Assembly: GCA_964016885.1 (NCBI GenBank)
Contig: OZ024741.1
Location: forward strand, 142,352,001 to 142,416,000
Origin: Eledone cirrhosa
Taxonomy: Eukaryota
Reading direction: 5' to 3'
Length of the DNA stretch: 64,000 bases
Position numbers and translations under genes: made by a program. The notes beneath the pieces are model-generated. The model worked only from the letters and a program-made list of their open reading frames with translations, had not been told where the DNA came from and did not search any database. Every line of letters starts with the position of its first letter. Within the stretch, counting starts at the first letter, position 1. Positions 50,763 to 64,000 of this stretch are shown one piece after another.

Positions 50763-52462
50763 GTAAGTACTGGCTTTTAGTGGTGGTGGTGATGGTGATG
50801 GTGATGGTGGTGGTGTTGGTTGGTGGTGGTGGTAGTGCTGGTGCTGTTTGTAGTGGTACTGGTGTTGGTGGTGATGGTTGGGGTGGCTGGAATGTTTCCG
50901 TAGCCCCAGTTATGCTAGTTAGTGTTATAACACTTTAAACTATTGGTCTTTGTCCCTTAAATGTCTTATCAACTCAGCCCCTACTGCTATCACACAACTA
51001 ATACCCCTACACTAACTAACATCTTCACAACTCCACAATGAACTTTCTATGTAGTCACTCGACCTGCTAGAAATAGTGGCTAAATCTCCCTGAAATCCCA
51101 ATTCTAGATACACCCCTAAAAATGTGGGATAATCATAGCTGAAATGCCTTTAAATGGACTTTCTTTTCTTTCTTGAGACATCTCTCAATGTTTCAAAGAT
51201 GAAGCATTCATTTTGCTTTTGCTAATGGCTACGATACATGCGGCTTGTCACACCTGCATACTCATAGAAGTCTTTGCTAACTGGAGCAGTTGTGCCAACC
51301 CTTCTTCATCACCGACTTATTCCTGAGAAGGTCGTTGGGGCAGAGTCTTCAAACACTCCCTCCAATGGGTCCTGTCAGAAGCAAGTCTTCAACCAGTCCA
51401 GCTGGATCCCCATACAAGACCAGCCAAGCTCATGAATGTTATCCAACCATCTTTCTTGGGATCTACCTCTGGGTCCGCTGCCGGTTGGTTTTGCCCATAA
51501 AATCTGTCTAGTTATTCTTTGCCGAGGTATTCTAACTACATGCCCATGATATTGAAGCTGTGATCTCTCAATTTGGAGAAGTAGCAGCTCTACCTGGTGT
51601 GACTCTTTGATCTCCAAGCTATGCACTCTATCGAGCAACGTCACTCCAAAGACCCTTCAGAGGAACCCTATTTTGGCCACTTGTATACGGAGCTAAAAAA
51701 CAGTAACCTTCTCATCCCTTCTCTCTGACACTAATTCCCTAACTGTTACACTAATCACCCCTACAATATTCATACCTAAACATAGTGTGTGTATATTACC
51801 ATCATCATCGATTTTTACATACGCTTTTCCATGCGGACATAAAAACGATGATGATGATAATGATAATGATATACACAGTGTTTAGGTATGAATATTGTAT
51901 ATATATACATATATATGAAAGCACATGCTTAGTGGTTAGAGCATTGGCCTTGCAATCGAAAGGTTGTGAGTTCAATTCCCAGACCGGGTGATGTGTTGTT
52001 TCCTTGAGCAAGACACTTTATTTCACATTGCTCCAGTTTACTCAGCTGTAGAAATGAGATGATAGGACTGGGGTCCCTATCATTCCACTGCAAAGTGGTC
52101 GTGGAGGTGCCACGGCAAAAAAGCACCCAGCACTCACTGTAAATGAGGTTGGTGTTAGGAAGAGCATCCAGCTGTAGAAATCAAGCCAGAATGAGTTCCC
52201 GTCCCACCCTTGCAAGCAGGGAAAAGCGGACGTAAAAAAAAGAAAAATGATGATGATAGTAGTACAAACTTGGTGTAAATATCCAAAGGTTTAGAAAATT
52301 CAGTCTGTAGGTTGAGTTATTTATTTATAATCAATTACAACAGTGACATATACAGATACTTCAGTTTCATTGGGTTGTTTATCCCAACTCATTCAGCCTG
52401 TTGGTATAAACAACCCAATAAAACACAACTACCTGTATATGTCGCTGTTATAACTGTTTTTA

Positions 52463-52503
<41 letters not shown>

Positions 52504-53302
52504 TTACTGTTTAATATAAGCCAAGGAATATGTGACCAAAAAACTGATGGAAAAATGAAGGGTCGGCTTATATTTGGGGTCAATATTTTGATGGTTTTCA
52601 CCAACTTCATATTCTACATAAATAAGGTGTTAAAATATCTGGAGTGATTATTTCACAATGAAACACTGTTTTTCTACATTTACTATATCTTCATGATTTT
52701 TATTTATGCATTGAGAACATTCGCAACTAATTTTTGTTATTTGAAATTTTAAATACATAAATATCCCCTACACATATAACTACTATATGCATGTACACAT
52801 ACATACACACACGTGTGCAGATTGTTTTTCTCTGTGAATTATACTTTTTCTTTCAATCTTGATGTTTTATTTTGCTCACTCTCACTCACCCTCTTTTTCT
52901 CATTCTACCTTTCCTCACTCCCTTGCTGTCTCTTCCTCTTACTTCTACTCTGAATCCTTATACAGTGTTCTCTTAGTTGATCACTTTCAACTATTCCTTA
53001 TTCATTTTCATCCCACTCTAGTGTTTTTAATAATCTCCATAATTGTGAGGGAAATGGGTTTTTTTTTAATAATACCTTAAACTAAAAATATATCTCCATT
53101 TCTTTATATTAGTGTCTAAACAACACTTAAAACATTTTAAATATCAAAATATTAAAACTTTGTAGATGTTTTCTCCACACATGAAAATTTGAAAACAGCG
53201 CCATAATCTGTTGATTAGCTGCCTTGGCTTATGAACACATTTTGGATTTTTGCCAATTTCTCAGGCATAAAATTGGAGTGGAGGTCATTCAAGTGTGTAC
53301 GG

Positions 53303-53339
<37 letters not shown>

Positions 53340-53356
53340 GTGCATATACATATATA

Positions 53357-53407
<51 letters not shown>

Positions 53408-53689
53408 CCACACAATCATGGAAATGCAGACGTAAAAACGATCATATATATATATATATATCATCATCATCGTTTAACATCCACTTTCCATGCTTGCATG
53501 GAAAGAACAAGAGAGAATAAGGAAATGCGAAGTTTGGTGTCGCTGTTTGAAAATCCTTTATTAATAAAGCTCTGATACATATTTCAATGGTGATCCTGGC
53601 TTTGTGATGGTTCAATCACACAACCAGTCACGCGATATTATCAGCCAGCATCTTATGTAATAAGGTTACATTTCTGAGGCAACCCAATC

Positions 53690-54680
53690 TAAAGACCAGG
53701 GAATGAACAGATATGCAATGTAAATGTAAGAGAAAAGCAAAGCTTAGATGAACTGAGGGAGAAACTGGGTTTAAGAGGAATCCAAAGTGGTGTGCAAGAG
53801 AGAAAACTGTGTTGGTACGAATATGTAATGCATATGGGTGAAGAAGTGCCAGGAAATCCCAGTGGAGGGAAGCTGCAGTATAGGTACATCAAGGAAGACC
53901 TTTGCAAAGGTGGTGAGAACTGATCTCAAATCACTGAAACTCACTGAGGAGATGATGAAGGGACGCAACAAGTGGAAGGATGCTGTACTAAAAAGGACCT
54001 GTCCAACCCATGCAATTGTGGAAAAACATGTAAAAACGTTGATGATGATGATGGTATATGTACATATGTATGCATACTTAGTATTATTCTAAAATAGATG
54101 TACAATGATTAGCTGAACCCTTCATTTAACTGGGTCCAGCTCATCATTGTGTATATGTATGTCATCATCATCATCAGTTTTATGTCCATTTTTCCATACT
54201 TGCATGGGTTGGGCGTGTCCTCAGCACAGCATCTCTCCACTCATTGCATTCCTTTGTCATATCCTCTGCCAGTCTCAGTGATTTGAAGTCAGCTCTCACA
54301 ACCTCTGCCCAGGTCTTTCTTGGTCTACCTCTACTGCGGCTTCCTTTGACAGGCATTTCCTAGCACTTCTTCACCCAATGATCATTGTCCATGTGTATCA
54401 CATGTCCATACCAACGCATTCTTCTCTTCCGTACACCACCTCGGATTCCTCATAAACCCAGCTTCTCCCTCAACTCATCCAAGCTCTACCTTTCTATCAC
54501 ACTAAGATTGTACATCCAATGAAGCATGTTTGCTTCATTTCTCTCCAGTCTGTGCATGTCCTCTGCAGTCACAGCCTATGTTTCACCACTATGCAGCATC
54601 TCACTTTGTACACAGGCGTCATACAGTTGTCCTTTAGTAGTCAACAGTGGGAGTAGCTCTCTAAACTTTTTCCATCCTCT
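53690..54680. mobile_element. Two RTE-like LINE 3' fragments in tail-to-tail inverted orientation
   Basis: 53690-54053 (+) and 54163-54680 (-) share gaagaagtgc..agctgcagtataggtac..aggaagacc..tcactga sequence and (GAT)n/(CAT)n tails. Confidence 0.7.
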
Positions 54681-54744
54681 ACATATTTGGAAGTCCTTTT
54701 CTGAGTCCATTATAAAAGATCTAAGTTACTTAAACTCTTTTTTT

Positions 54745-55870
54745 TTAAATGGAAAGGCCACTGGTTTGGATCAAGTCATTGCGGAAGCGATCAAAGTTTG
54801 AGGCGCAGTGTGGCTTGAATGATTCCTTGCACTCATCCAACTTTTATGGCAATCAGACTGCATACCATTGAGATGGAAGAAGGCCAACATCATTCCCATC
54901 CATAAGAAAGGTGACAACAGGGAATGCAAAAACTACCAGGGCATTTGTCTACTCTGCATCATTGGGAAGATCTTTATAAAAATCATTAAATCATGGCTCC
55001 AAAAGCATCGCAAGCAGACCAACAGAAGAACAAGCTGGTTTCCAACCTGGGTGCAGATGTTGCGACCAAATCTATGCCCTTCATCAACTGCTGGAAGAAC
55101 AAACATGCTGTAGGCAGCGGACAGTGATTGTAGTCATCGACTTCAAGTCTGCCTTCAACTGCATTAACTTGACCACCCTCCGGAGAGCGTTGGAAATCGA
55201 ACAAGTGCCTCGGAAGATTATTGCACTCCTACACTCAGCCTATGTTTGGCTCAACAGGCTTTGTCTGGATCAGAAATGACCTGTCTGAGGAATTCACCAT
55301 CGGACAGGTGTGCAACAAGGAGATGTGTCTCTTGCCTTTACTGTTCAATGACAGCATCATGCAGCAAGCTTTTGAAGGATGAAGCTGTGTACAGTTTGAC
55401 ACCAACAACTCCATAACAACCTCATGTTTTCCAATGACAGCACCATTTTCACCGACAATGATGGTGAAGCAACTGACAGCTAACACATTGCCTGCTTTGC
55501 TCAGCCTTGTGGTCTCAGAATCAATGCAGACAAGACAAAAGTGCTAACAACAGATGGCTTGCTGGCCATTGTGCATCTTGATGTCATTCAGGTCTAAGAG
55601 TTCAAATATATTGGCTCACTGTTGTTGAGAAAAAACTGGTGCCAACAGCAGAGATCAACTGCTGAATCTGGTCTGCGACTTCTGCATTTGGATCCCTTCA
55701 GTGGTGTGTCTGGAAGAAGCCTCATATCTCTCTAAGGAGCAAGATTTGTCTTTTCTGCATGCTGATCCTACCTGTCTCCTCTACAGTGCTGAGGTCTGGA
55801 CCATCCTCAAACAAGACCTGAAGAAGCTCAAGGTGTTCCAAATGCAATGTCTTCATCAGATCCTTGGTGC
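54745..55870 (+). mobile_element. LINE (RTE-like) reverse transcriptase pseudogene fragment
   Basis: GKATGLDQVIAEAIK, WKKANIIPIHKKGDNRECKNYQGICLL, IDFKSAF, GVQQGD-like, FKYIGS and LLYSAEVW. Many stops and frameshifts. Confidence 0.85.
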
Positions 55871-56276
55871 CTTGACGTTGGTAGAGACATGTGTGTGTGA
55901 AAGACCAGTCGACATGTGAAAGATCATGAATGATTGCTTCCCAGCTTACAATATGAAGATATATGTTATCAAATGGGTGGCCTGGAGAGAGGTCATTCTG
56001 TTTAACTTTATGCTGGTGAAATCTCAGATAGCAGACAACCAATTCATGGTATGAGGAGAGGGGTTTTTCCACTGCAGTATTGTGAATGGCGTTTATGTGG
56101 TTACTAAACACTATTCACAATATGTTTTTGTGACATCTTATTGGTGTAAGCACAAGTTGGGAAGTTGAAGAGTAATTCTTCTGCTTCTTTGTCAGAGGTT
56201 GCAGTGGAATACCTAGTTTCAAGCTGTTTGTAGACCAATCAACACGGGGGAGGTTGAAGTCTCCGACCTTTCACCC

Positions 56277-56424
56277 ATATTTCAGAGAGTTGATTTCACT
56301 ACCATTAAAAATAACAGTTATGTTACGTTGCAACAAAACGCTGTCTAATGAATACTATTTTTAAAAGATTTAAGGCTAATGTCACATTATTTTTAACGGT
56401 AATGAAATCAATTCTCTGAAATAT
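56277..56424. mobile_element. Short hairpin MITE
   Basis: atatttcagagagttgatttcactaccattaaaaataa versus ttatttttaacggtaatgaaatcaattctctgaaatat. Confidence 0.65.
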
Positions 56425-56497
56425 TGCTCATTGAATCCAATGTCTACCATGTAGCAATTGACTTTAATGTATATTTGTAACAGTTATTTTGGTTTAA

Positions 56498-56705
56498 CCC
56501 TTTAGCATTTAAACCAGCTGTATCCAGCCAGAATTCTCTCACCTCTTTCTGTTCAAACTGGCCGTAACTGGTCACTTATACGGATGTTAAGGAATTGTTC
56601 TCAAAATAAATAGTATCAAAATCTCTTAGATTCGGTATTATGTGAGATAAAGCCTTTACTATGTAAATACAATAGTAAATATAGAGTAATCTAAACGCTA
56701 AAGGG
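56498..56705. mobile_element. piggyBac-type MITE family B, inverted relative to the 49651 copy
   Basis: TTAA|CCCTTTAGCATTTA ... CTAAACGCTAAAGGG|TTAA. Internal sequence is the reverse complement of 49651-49871. Confidence 0.85.
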
Positions 56706-57212
56706 TTAAACTGCTTCTGAAGATGGTGTGGCATAAAATTCTCTGCATTTTTTTCATTATTTTTTACTCACACAAGTTATTTATTTGATCCTATTTGTAA
56801 CTATGTAATGATTATATCACACTTGAAACATATGTAAAGCATTACACTAATGTAGAACTTTGATTTCATCTTTCTATTTGCTTATATATGCGCTGTGTTT
56901 ACATCTTTCCATACCTTTTTCCTTTAAAACATTTCTTATTCTTCCAACCAATATTGCATAAATACATTGATCTCACTCCGAAAATATTTGGCAATTATAT
57001 ACTCTCATGTTTAACTTTCTACATACAACTTGAGTTATATATAGTTTTACCCATGCTATATATATATATATATATATGCATATATACACATGTATATATT
57101 TATGTATGTGTGTGTATGTATATATGTGTGTATACATATATATTCATAATCTTTATTTCACATCCATTTTCCCATGCTGACAAATATATACATTTTTTAT
57201 ATATACTTTCAG

Positions 57213-57266
57213 ACATCCATTTCAAGGACATTTGAATATGAATGATCTTCGTGTACGGCTGTCACA
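57213..57266 (+). CDS. AVL9: AVL9 exon 13
   Basis: ttcag|HPFQGHLNMNDLRVRLS(H)|gtgagt. Confidence 0.92.
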
Positions 57267-57761
57267 GTGAGTCTTCCTTTCTTTCTACCTTCTTACCCAC
57301 ATACACACACATTATACATGTGTATACACCATCTGATCTACTACACACATCATCAACTCTACTACGCTACACACACACAAATGTATACACACCATCAGCT
57401 CTACCACACTACACACACTACACTTGTATACACATCATCAATTGTACAACACTATACACTTACATGTGAACATACCATCAATTGTACAACACTATACACA
57501 CTACACATGTTTACACACCATCAACTACTACACTACACACACTCACACGTTTACACACCACTAACCATACAACACTGCCATACCCACTATACCACTCTGT
57601 CTTCTTTCTACCCACTACCAACACTATTCACTACACTATACAACACCACCTCTACACTATACAACACCACCCCTGCACTATACAACACCAATCCAACACT
57701 ATACACCACCACCATAACTCTTCTAACACCCTTTCTTCCTTCCTCTCTCTCTTACCTTCAG

Positions 57762-57850
57762 TACCATGCAGAGTACAGAGAAGGGTAAGAAACTAAATGC
57801 TGCTGTATCCCAAACTGGTAAATATGTTGTACAGACTGGGAAAGTATTTG
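57762..57850 (+). CDS. AVL9: AVL9 exon 14
   Basis: ttcag|TMQSTEKGKKLNAAVSQTGKYVVQTGKVF|gtaagt. Confidence 0.92.
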
Positions 57851-57960
57851 GTAAGTACACTCAATATTTCTTTCTTTCTCACTTCATTCTACTCCTGCTT
57901 ATTTTTCTCCTCTTTACCCCTCCTGCCTAATCCTTCTATCTTCTATCCTTCTTATGTATG

Positions 57961-58006
<46 letters not shown>

Positions 58007-58057
58007 AAAAAACGCGGAAGTTTGGTTTACATGTACAAGATTTTTATCATGCATCGA

Positions 58058-58148
58058 CCTGTTACGCACGTTTCGCAGAGAATTGATTCAAGGTCACCCT
58101 TAGGAGTTAATGACCCGACTCCGTTATCGATCTGCTCATCAGACCTGA
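58058..58148 (-). ncRNA. Hammerhead-like motif with long stem II
   Basis: Reverse complement reads GGT-CTGATGA-GCAGA...TCTGC-GAAA-CGTGCG-TA-AC. Stem I is weak. Confidence 0.55.
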
Positions 58149-59127
58149 GATATATACACTCTGCCTGTGCAGAGACTGCTTTTTGGTACCACTACCAATA
58201 ATTCACTGAATCACCCACACTATATATATATAGTGACACGGCAAAAAACACCCAGCCCACACTGTAAAGTGGTCGTGTAGGTGTCATGACAAAAAAGCAC
58301 ACAGTCCACAGTGTAAAGTGGTCGTGTTGGTGACACAAAAAAAGCACCTAGTCAACACTGTAAAGTAGTCATATTGGTGACACGACAAAAAGCACCCAAT
58401 ACTCACTGTAAATGAGATTGACATTAGGAAGGGTATCCAGCTATAGAAACCAAGCCAAAATCAGTTTTGTATGTGCAAGACATGGTCACCTGACCTGGCA
58501 TTGCCCACAACAGGACAACTCGTCTAACCCATGCTTGACATAAAAAAGTGATATATATATATATATAGAGAGAGAGAGTAGAGAGTCGGGACCAGGCAGC
58601 TGAGTTTTGCTGTTTCGACAGAGCAACATCAAATATAAGTCCATCTTTTTATTAATAGCCTGTATTGCATTAGAAATATTACATAACCTTATTACTTTAA
58701 ATGTGGTTGGTAATGGCAGCATTATGTAATTATTAACACCACAGAAATACATATTGCAACAGATTATAAATAAAATGAATTCTGAATATTATATCTAGCT
58801 TTCACATTTTTATTATTATTGTGTATATATATATATAACCATCATCATATTAGTTTCTGTTTTTACATCCCCCTTTCTATACTAGCATGTGTTGGATGGG
58901 ACTATTTGAGGCAAAGTTTACACCCAGATGCCCTTCCTGACTCCAACACTTTTAGTTGCCTCTTACAACATGCAAAGATATTGTGCACATATCCTCAAAT
59001 CAGGGTACACTCTGATCTATATATATATATATATATATATCAAATGAAACAATGGAGTTAAGGACTCGAGTTTATCCCTGTAATTTAATGAGCTCAAGGA
59101 AAAATTATCGGGCTCTTCAAGGTACAA

Positions 59128-59308
59128 TATAGAGAGGATAAAACGTGAAAGAATGTGTTCTCAATTACAGGGGGTATAACGCCACTAAAGTGAAAAACAT
59201 AAAAACTACAAAAGGTATGGGAAATACATTATAACTAAAGAGATAAATTGAAATTAATTAACCCACCTATAATTGAAAACACATTCTTTCATATTTTCTC
59301 CTCTATTA
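59128..59308. mobile_element. Hairpin MITE-like inverted repeat
   Basis: agaggataaaacgtgaaagaatgtgttctcaattacagg versus cctataattgaaaacacattctttcatattttctcctct. Confidence 0.6.
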
Positions 59309-61576
59309 CATATATATATATATATGATGATTGATTACTTTGATCAATGCTCCAACTTAACCATCAATGAACTACTTACTCAATCATCAGTATAATATAC
59401 TATAAATGTAGATAGCTAAGTATTCCCTAATGTAGGCAAGGTTTAACCCCCTTGATACCTAACTGCTCCTAGTTCTTTGATACAAAACTTTTTATCTTAA
59501 TGTTTTTATATTTATCTAAAAACTTTCTATCATAATTTTATGTAAGAGTCTTTGTTAAATTATGCTTTAAACACCAGCTTAGCCATTTTGATAGCAAACC
59601 ACCTGAAACTGCCCTTAGTTCTATGATACAAAGCTGTTTGTTTTAAGTGTTAATCATCATCATCATCGTTTAACGTCCATCTTCCACGCTAGCATCGGTT
59701 TGACGGTTTTGTTCCATTTGATGTGGGAATTGGTTGAGCGACTGTGTCTCGCTCGTACAGAAGTGTTAATATTTATTTTAAATCTTTCCATCACAATTTT
59801 ATGTTAGAATTTTTATTACATTATGCTCCAAACACCAGTTATAAAGAGAAAGTTAGTTATATTACTAAAATCCCTCCAAATTCTTTGTTGTTTTCAAAAT
59901 GTTTAAATAATGCGAGGCAGTGAATTTCATATGTTAACGAAAGGTTATTAACTGAGTATCTACTAACAGGCAGACTCTGCATCACTTAGTGTGTAACAAG
60001 GCTGGCTGTTCCTTGAATTACAGATATACTCCATTTGACACACTGCCACTCTATTTGTTTGTCCAGTTTCACTCACAATCTTGGGTTGACCTTAGGCTAT
60101 GGTAGAAGGCCTTATCAGAGTCAGAGATTAACCAGACTGGGCGGTAAGTAGCAGATTATGCTACTTACACAACTTCATGCTACTATTGTTTTTTTAATTT
60201 GTACTACTTGCTACTTTTATTGTAAATGTAAGAATTCTATTGAATTGACCTGCAAACAATCATTATCTGATCCGGTCTGCTCTAGTCAAGTCTGTGCTAC
60301 TCCACACCACTTCAGTTAAATCCAATCCAATTCCTGCTAGCATTATCCACTATAGTTCTCAAACCTCTACCTCCTAACATTCTACCATCTCACAAATACA
60401 GTAATTAAAGTTAGTGATATAATCTATATTTTATGATACTAATTATCACATGCACTCATGCACAATATTGGACATGGTGTTTCTCTCTTAACCACTTGGC
60501 AAATACAAGGAAGTCTAATATGACTCAAACATGTCCAGGGTTGTTTCTCATATTTGTCAAAATAATTAGCCCTTTTGATACCAACACTGGTTCTATGAAA
60601 CAAAACCACCCATTTTAAGGGGTTCCTATTTAAACTAAAATTTCCCACCAAAGTTTTATTTACTATTTTAGTAATTTTAGTAAATCCTTCAAAATGCTTC
60701 ATTAATTAAATGAAATAAATAATATAAAGTCACAAAAGGATTAAGATAATATTAATGAAGGTAATACTATCTTTTCTTCACCATATAATCATCATCAATT
60801 AGATCTGTATAAGGTAGATGTGGGCTCTATAAACTGTGAGGAAAGCAGTTACTTTTAATAGATAAGATTGCATGAAGTAGATGTGTGCTCCATAAGTTAA
60901 TAGCAAAGGCAACTCATCTAAGGGAACAGTGAGGACCTTCATGTCTTGTCGGACAACCTCTCTATTGCTGGTGGCACAATAAAATGCACCCAGACGATGC
61001 TGTAAAGTGATTGATGATAGTAAGGGAAACTCCACCAAAAATTATAGAAAATACAACTTATAACATACACATTAATTGCTTATAAGGAACACAAGAAGGG
61101 GGGAGGCTATGCTGGAAACCCCATCGAACTCATGCAAGCAGAGAAACTGATGATGATCACACACACACACTAACAATGAACAGATTGTTGTATTCAAAAG
61201 TTCAAACAGTGTGTTGTGGAATTGTCACATATTTTAAATTATTGTTAATAAAAATGTGGATATCGGCCACCTATATCATTGCTACCCCACAATGATACAG
61301 GCCCAAACAGTGTGAGGAAATGTTCTCTGGTGTGCAGAACTCCAGGTGCAAGTGTTACTCTGGAGGATAGCAAGGGAGACACATTAAGATAGCCATTCCA
61401 ACTCACTGAACTCACTCTTGCAGGTGGCCTACACCTAGGGAAGTAGTATGGGGACCAAGAATGCCAGAAGTCTTTACTGCTACAGGTTCAATGATAAATT
61501 GTGATTGATGTTCCTTGCTTTGTTGAAATGTCTTCTCTTCATTTTCTTTCTTTTTGTTTTCTTTCTTCTCCTGTAG

Positions 61577-61833
61577 GTGGCGCCATCACCTCTGCCAAGT
61601 CAGCCATGAGTTCATGGTTCAGCAGTTTTACCACAGACTGGAAACATTCTGACAAAGATGGAGCTGATGATGATGATGATGTTGATAGTGATGGGGTTTG
61701 TGGGGGTGGCGATGGTGGGGATGAAGGTGGTGGTGGTGATGATGGTGATGATGGAGGAAGTGGTGGGGATGGTAGGAATGGTAGTATTGAGGGTAGTGGT
61801 GATGATTATGATGCTGGCATCGAACATGACTAA
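61577..61833 (+). CDS. AVL9: AVL9 exon 15 (terminal)
   Basis: tgtag|(G)GAITSAKSAMSSWFSSFTTDWK, then a Gly/Asp-rich tail and TAA at 61831-61833. Confidence 0.88.
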
Positions 61834-64000
61834 TCTCTCTCACATTCTCTGTTTCTCTCCTCTCTCTTTCTTTCCCCCCACTCTCTCTCTCTCTCCCCAT
61901 ACACATGCTCCCTCTGTCTCTTTTTTTCTATGCACTCATCACTCTTCTACTATTGCTCCCTCTTCATCCTTCTCTCATCCACACACATACACAACAATTG
62001 GTGTAAACTGCTTATCACCGCCATCACACCTCCACAGTAACACCATCACACAACCACTACCATCATCACATTCCACAATACCATTATCATACACATACTT
62101 ATTTACATAGTCTGCCAGAAACAAACAAAAACAATATCTATTCATATATTCACATTAAAATTTTTTTTTTTTAAATATTTCTCCATTTTACTCTCACTTA
62201 ACATGACATAACTTTGTGGCAAAAAGCAGGTCTTGGAGAGGAGAGGGTAGGGGCTAAATTCTCAGACATTAGAGTGAGGAAGCTGGCTCACACAAGCATC
62301 CCAAAATCCAGTTGTTGGTGAAGTCTGCAGCAATTATTATTACTACTAATAATAATAATTGTTTCTACTTTTGGCACAAGGCCAGCAAATACCCAGTACA
62401 TTACTGGTACTTTATTTTATCGACCCCGTAGGGATGAAAGGGAAAGTGAACCTCGGCGGGATTTGAACTCAGAAACAAAAAAATCGATTATATCAGCCCC
62501 AATACTTTACTTCTATTTATTTTATCAACCCCAATACTTTACCGGTACTTTATTTTATCATACCCCTCACCCCACCCAGAAGGATGAAAGGCAAAGTTGA
62601 CCTCAGGATGTAAAGAGCCATAACTAAATACCACAGGATATTTTGTTCAGTACTCTAACAATTTGGTCAATCCACCATCCTAATACTAATAAGTGTTTCT
62701 ATTTTTGGCACAAGGCCAACAATTTTGAAGGGTAGGGGGAAGGTCGATTAAATCAACCCCATGCATTACTGGTACTTTATTTTATCGATCCCATAGGGAT
62801 GAAAAGCAAAGCTAACCTCGGTGGGATTTGAACTCAGAATGTAAAGGGATGTAATTATATGCCACAAAGCATTTTGTTGGGTGCTCTACTGATACTGCCA
62901 ATCCACCACCCAATAACAATAATAATGCTGATGATTTCTTAATTATATTATTTTTTTAATAATAATCATTTCTGGCATAAACACAAGGTCACAAATTTTA
63001 GTGGGGATGAAATTGACTGCAGTGTATTACTGGTATTTATTTAATCCACTTATCCAACCAACTCCAGACCGTTGAAAATGAAAGTTAACATTGCCAGGAT
63101 TTAAGCTGAGAATATAATGATGTAATAGGATGGGTATAAATATATTGCACAAGGCTTCACAGTTCTGTGGCTTCTGCCATTCACTATTTTAATAATAATA
63201 ATGATTTCTGACATAGTATCAAGGCCAACAATTTTTGGAGAGGAAGAAAGTTGATTATGTTGACTCCAGTACATGACTGGTACATTATTTTATCAACCTC
63301 AGAAGGATGACAGGCAAAGTTAACCCAGAACATAAAGCAGACCAAATACTGCTAAGTATTTGTCCAATAATCTAACAACTCTCCCAAACCACAAACCTCA
63401 TCTTCATTGGTCATGGGGCCAAAAACATTAAAGGCAATACAAATAAACAGGGATAGTAAGGATTTACATAAAACAAGTAAACAGGAAAAAACACAGGTAA
63501 CATAATAACAATAAATTAATAGCAGAATTTCCCAATGGGAGGGGGGGGGTCACTGAGGTAATTAAGGAATCCCACAGATCTGAGATCACCCCAATCAATC
63601 ACTAAGGGCACCATAAGCATGTGCCCCTGTCTCTCTGATATTCTTTCCAGCCTACAGGCATATGTTTTGAGTAGATTCATTCACTCAAGCCATTTTTTCT
63701 ATGTTCATCTACTTTTTAACAACTATTTTGTAGGGCAGCACTTCGCTTTCCACTTTTATCTTCCTTTTCAAGTCGAATTTGAAAAGGCCAAAGAGGGATG
63801 TTTCTGTCATCAGTGTTTCTCGTCTCCTCCACTATATAACCTCTTTCATCATAACTACCAGACACAGGAAAACTGCCTGCCCATTCCAGCCAAAAGGAGA
63901 TAGTAAGATAATCTTCATGGTGGAGTTAAATGATAAAAAGGAATGTTGATAGATGGCCATGGTAGCAAAACACCAGACTAAAGTACTTCACAGTATTTTT

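Noticed and set aside
57267-57760. His/Thr/Tyr-rich ORFs
   Set aside because: Degenerate CA-rich tandem repeat filling AVL9 intron 13.

Overview
AT-rich, microsatellite-laden eukaryotic (animal) genomic DNA. The SINE and microsatellite content suggests an octopus or other cephalopod, but that is an inference. One host protein-coding gene is present: a 15-exon AVL9 (late secretory pathway, DENN-like) gene on the + strand, 18633-61833. All its introns are GT-AG and phase-consistent, giving a 2820-nt CDS (about 939 aa). Upstream lie two intron-containing tRNA-Ile(TAT) genes on the - strand and a dense field of Penelope-like element (PLE) remnants (RT and GIY-YIG). About a dozen minimal type I hammerhead-ribozyme motifs are scattered through the window, several built into fold-back palindromes. 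The introns hold a mariner element (TIRs, TA TSD), a Buster/Charlie-type hAT (TIRs, 8-bp TSD), a Helitron Rep remnant, RTE-like LINE fragments (one with a twin-priming-type 5' inversion), piggyBac-type TTAA MITEs, many SINEs, minisatellites and decayed copies of AVL9 exon 5. I see no demonstrably new protein system. The most notable unannotated signal is the hammerhead/PLE/(TA)n architecture and its strand pattern relative to AVL9. All calls were made by eye with no searches run, and element boundaries are approximate unless a TSD or splice site is cited.
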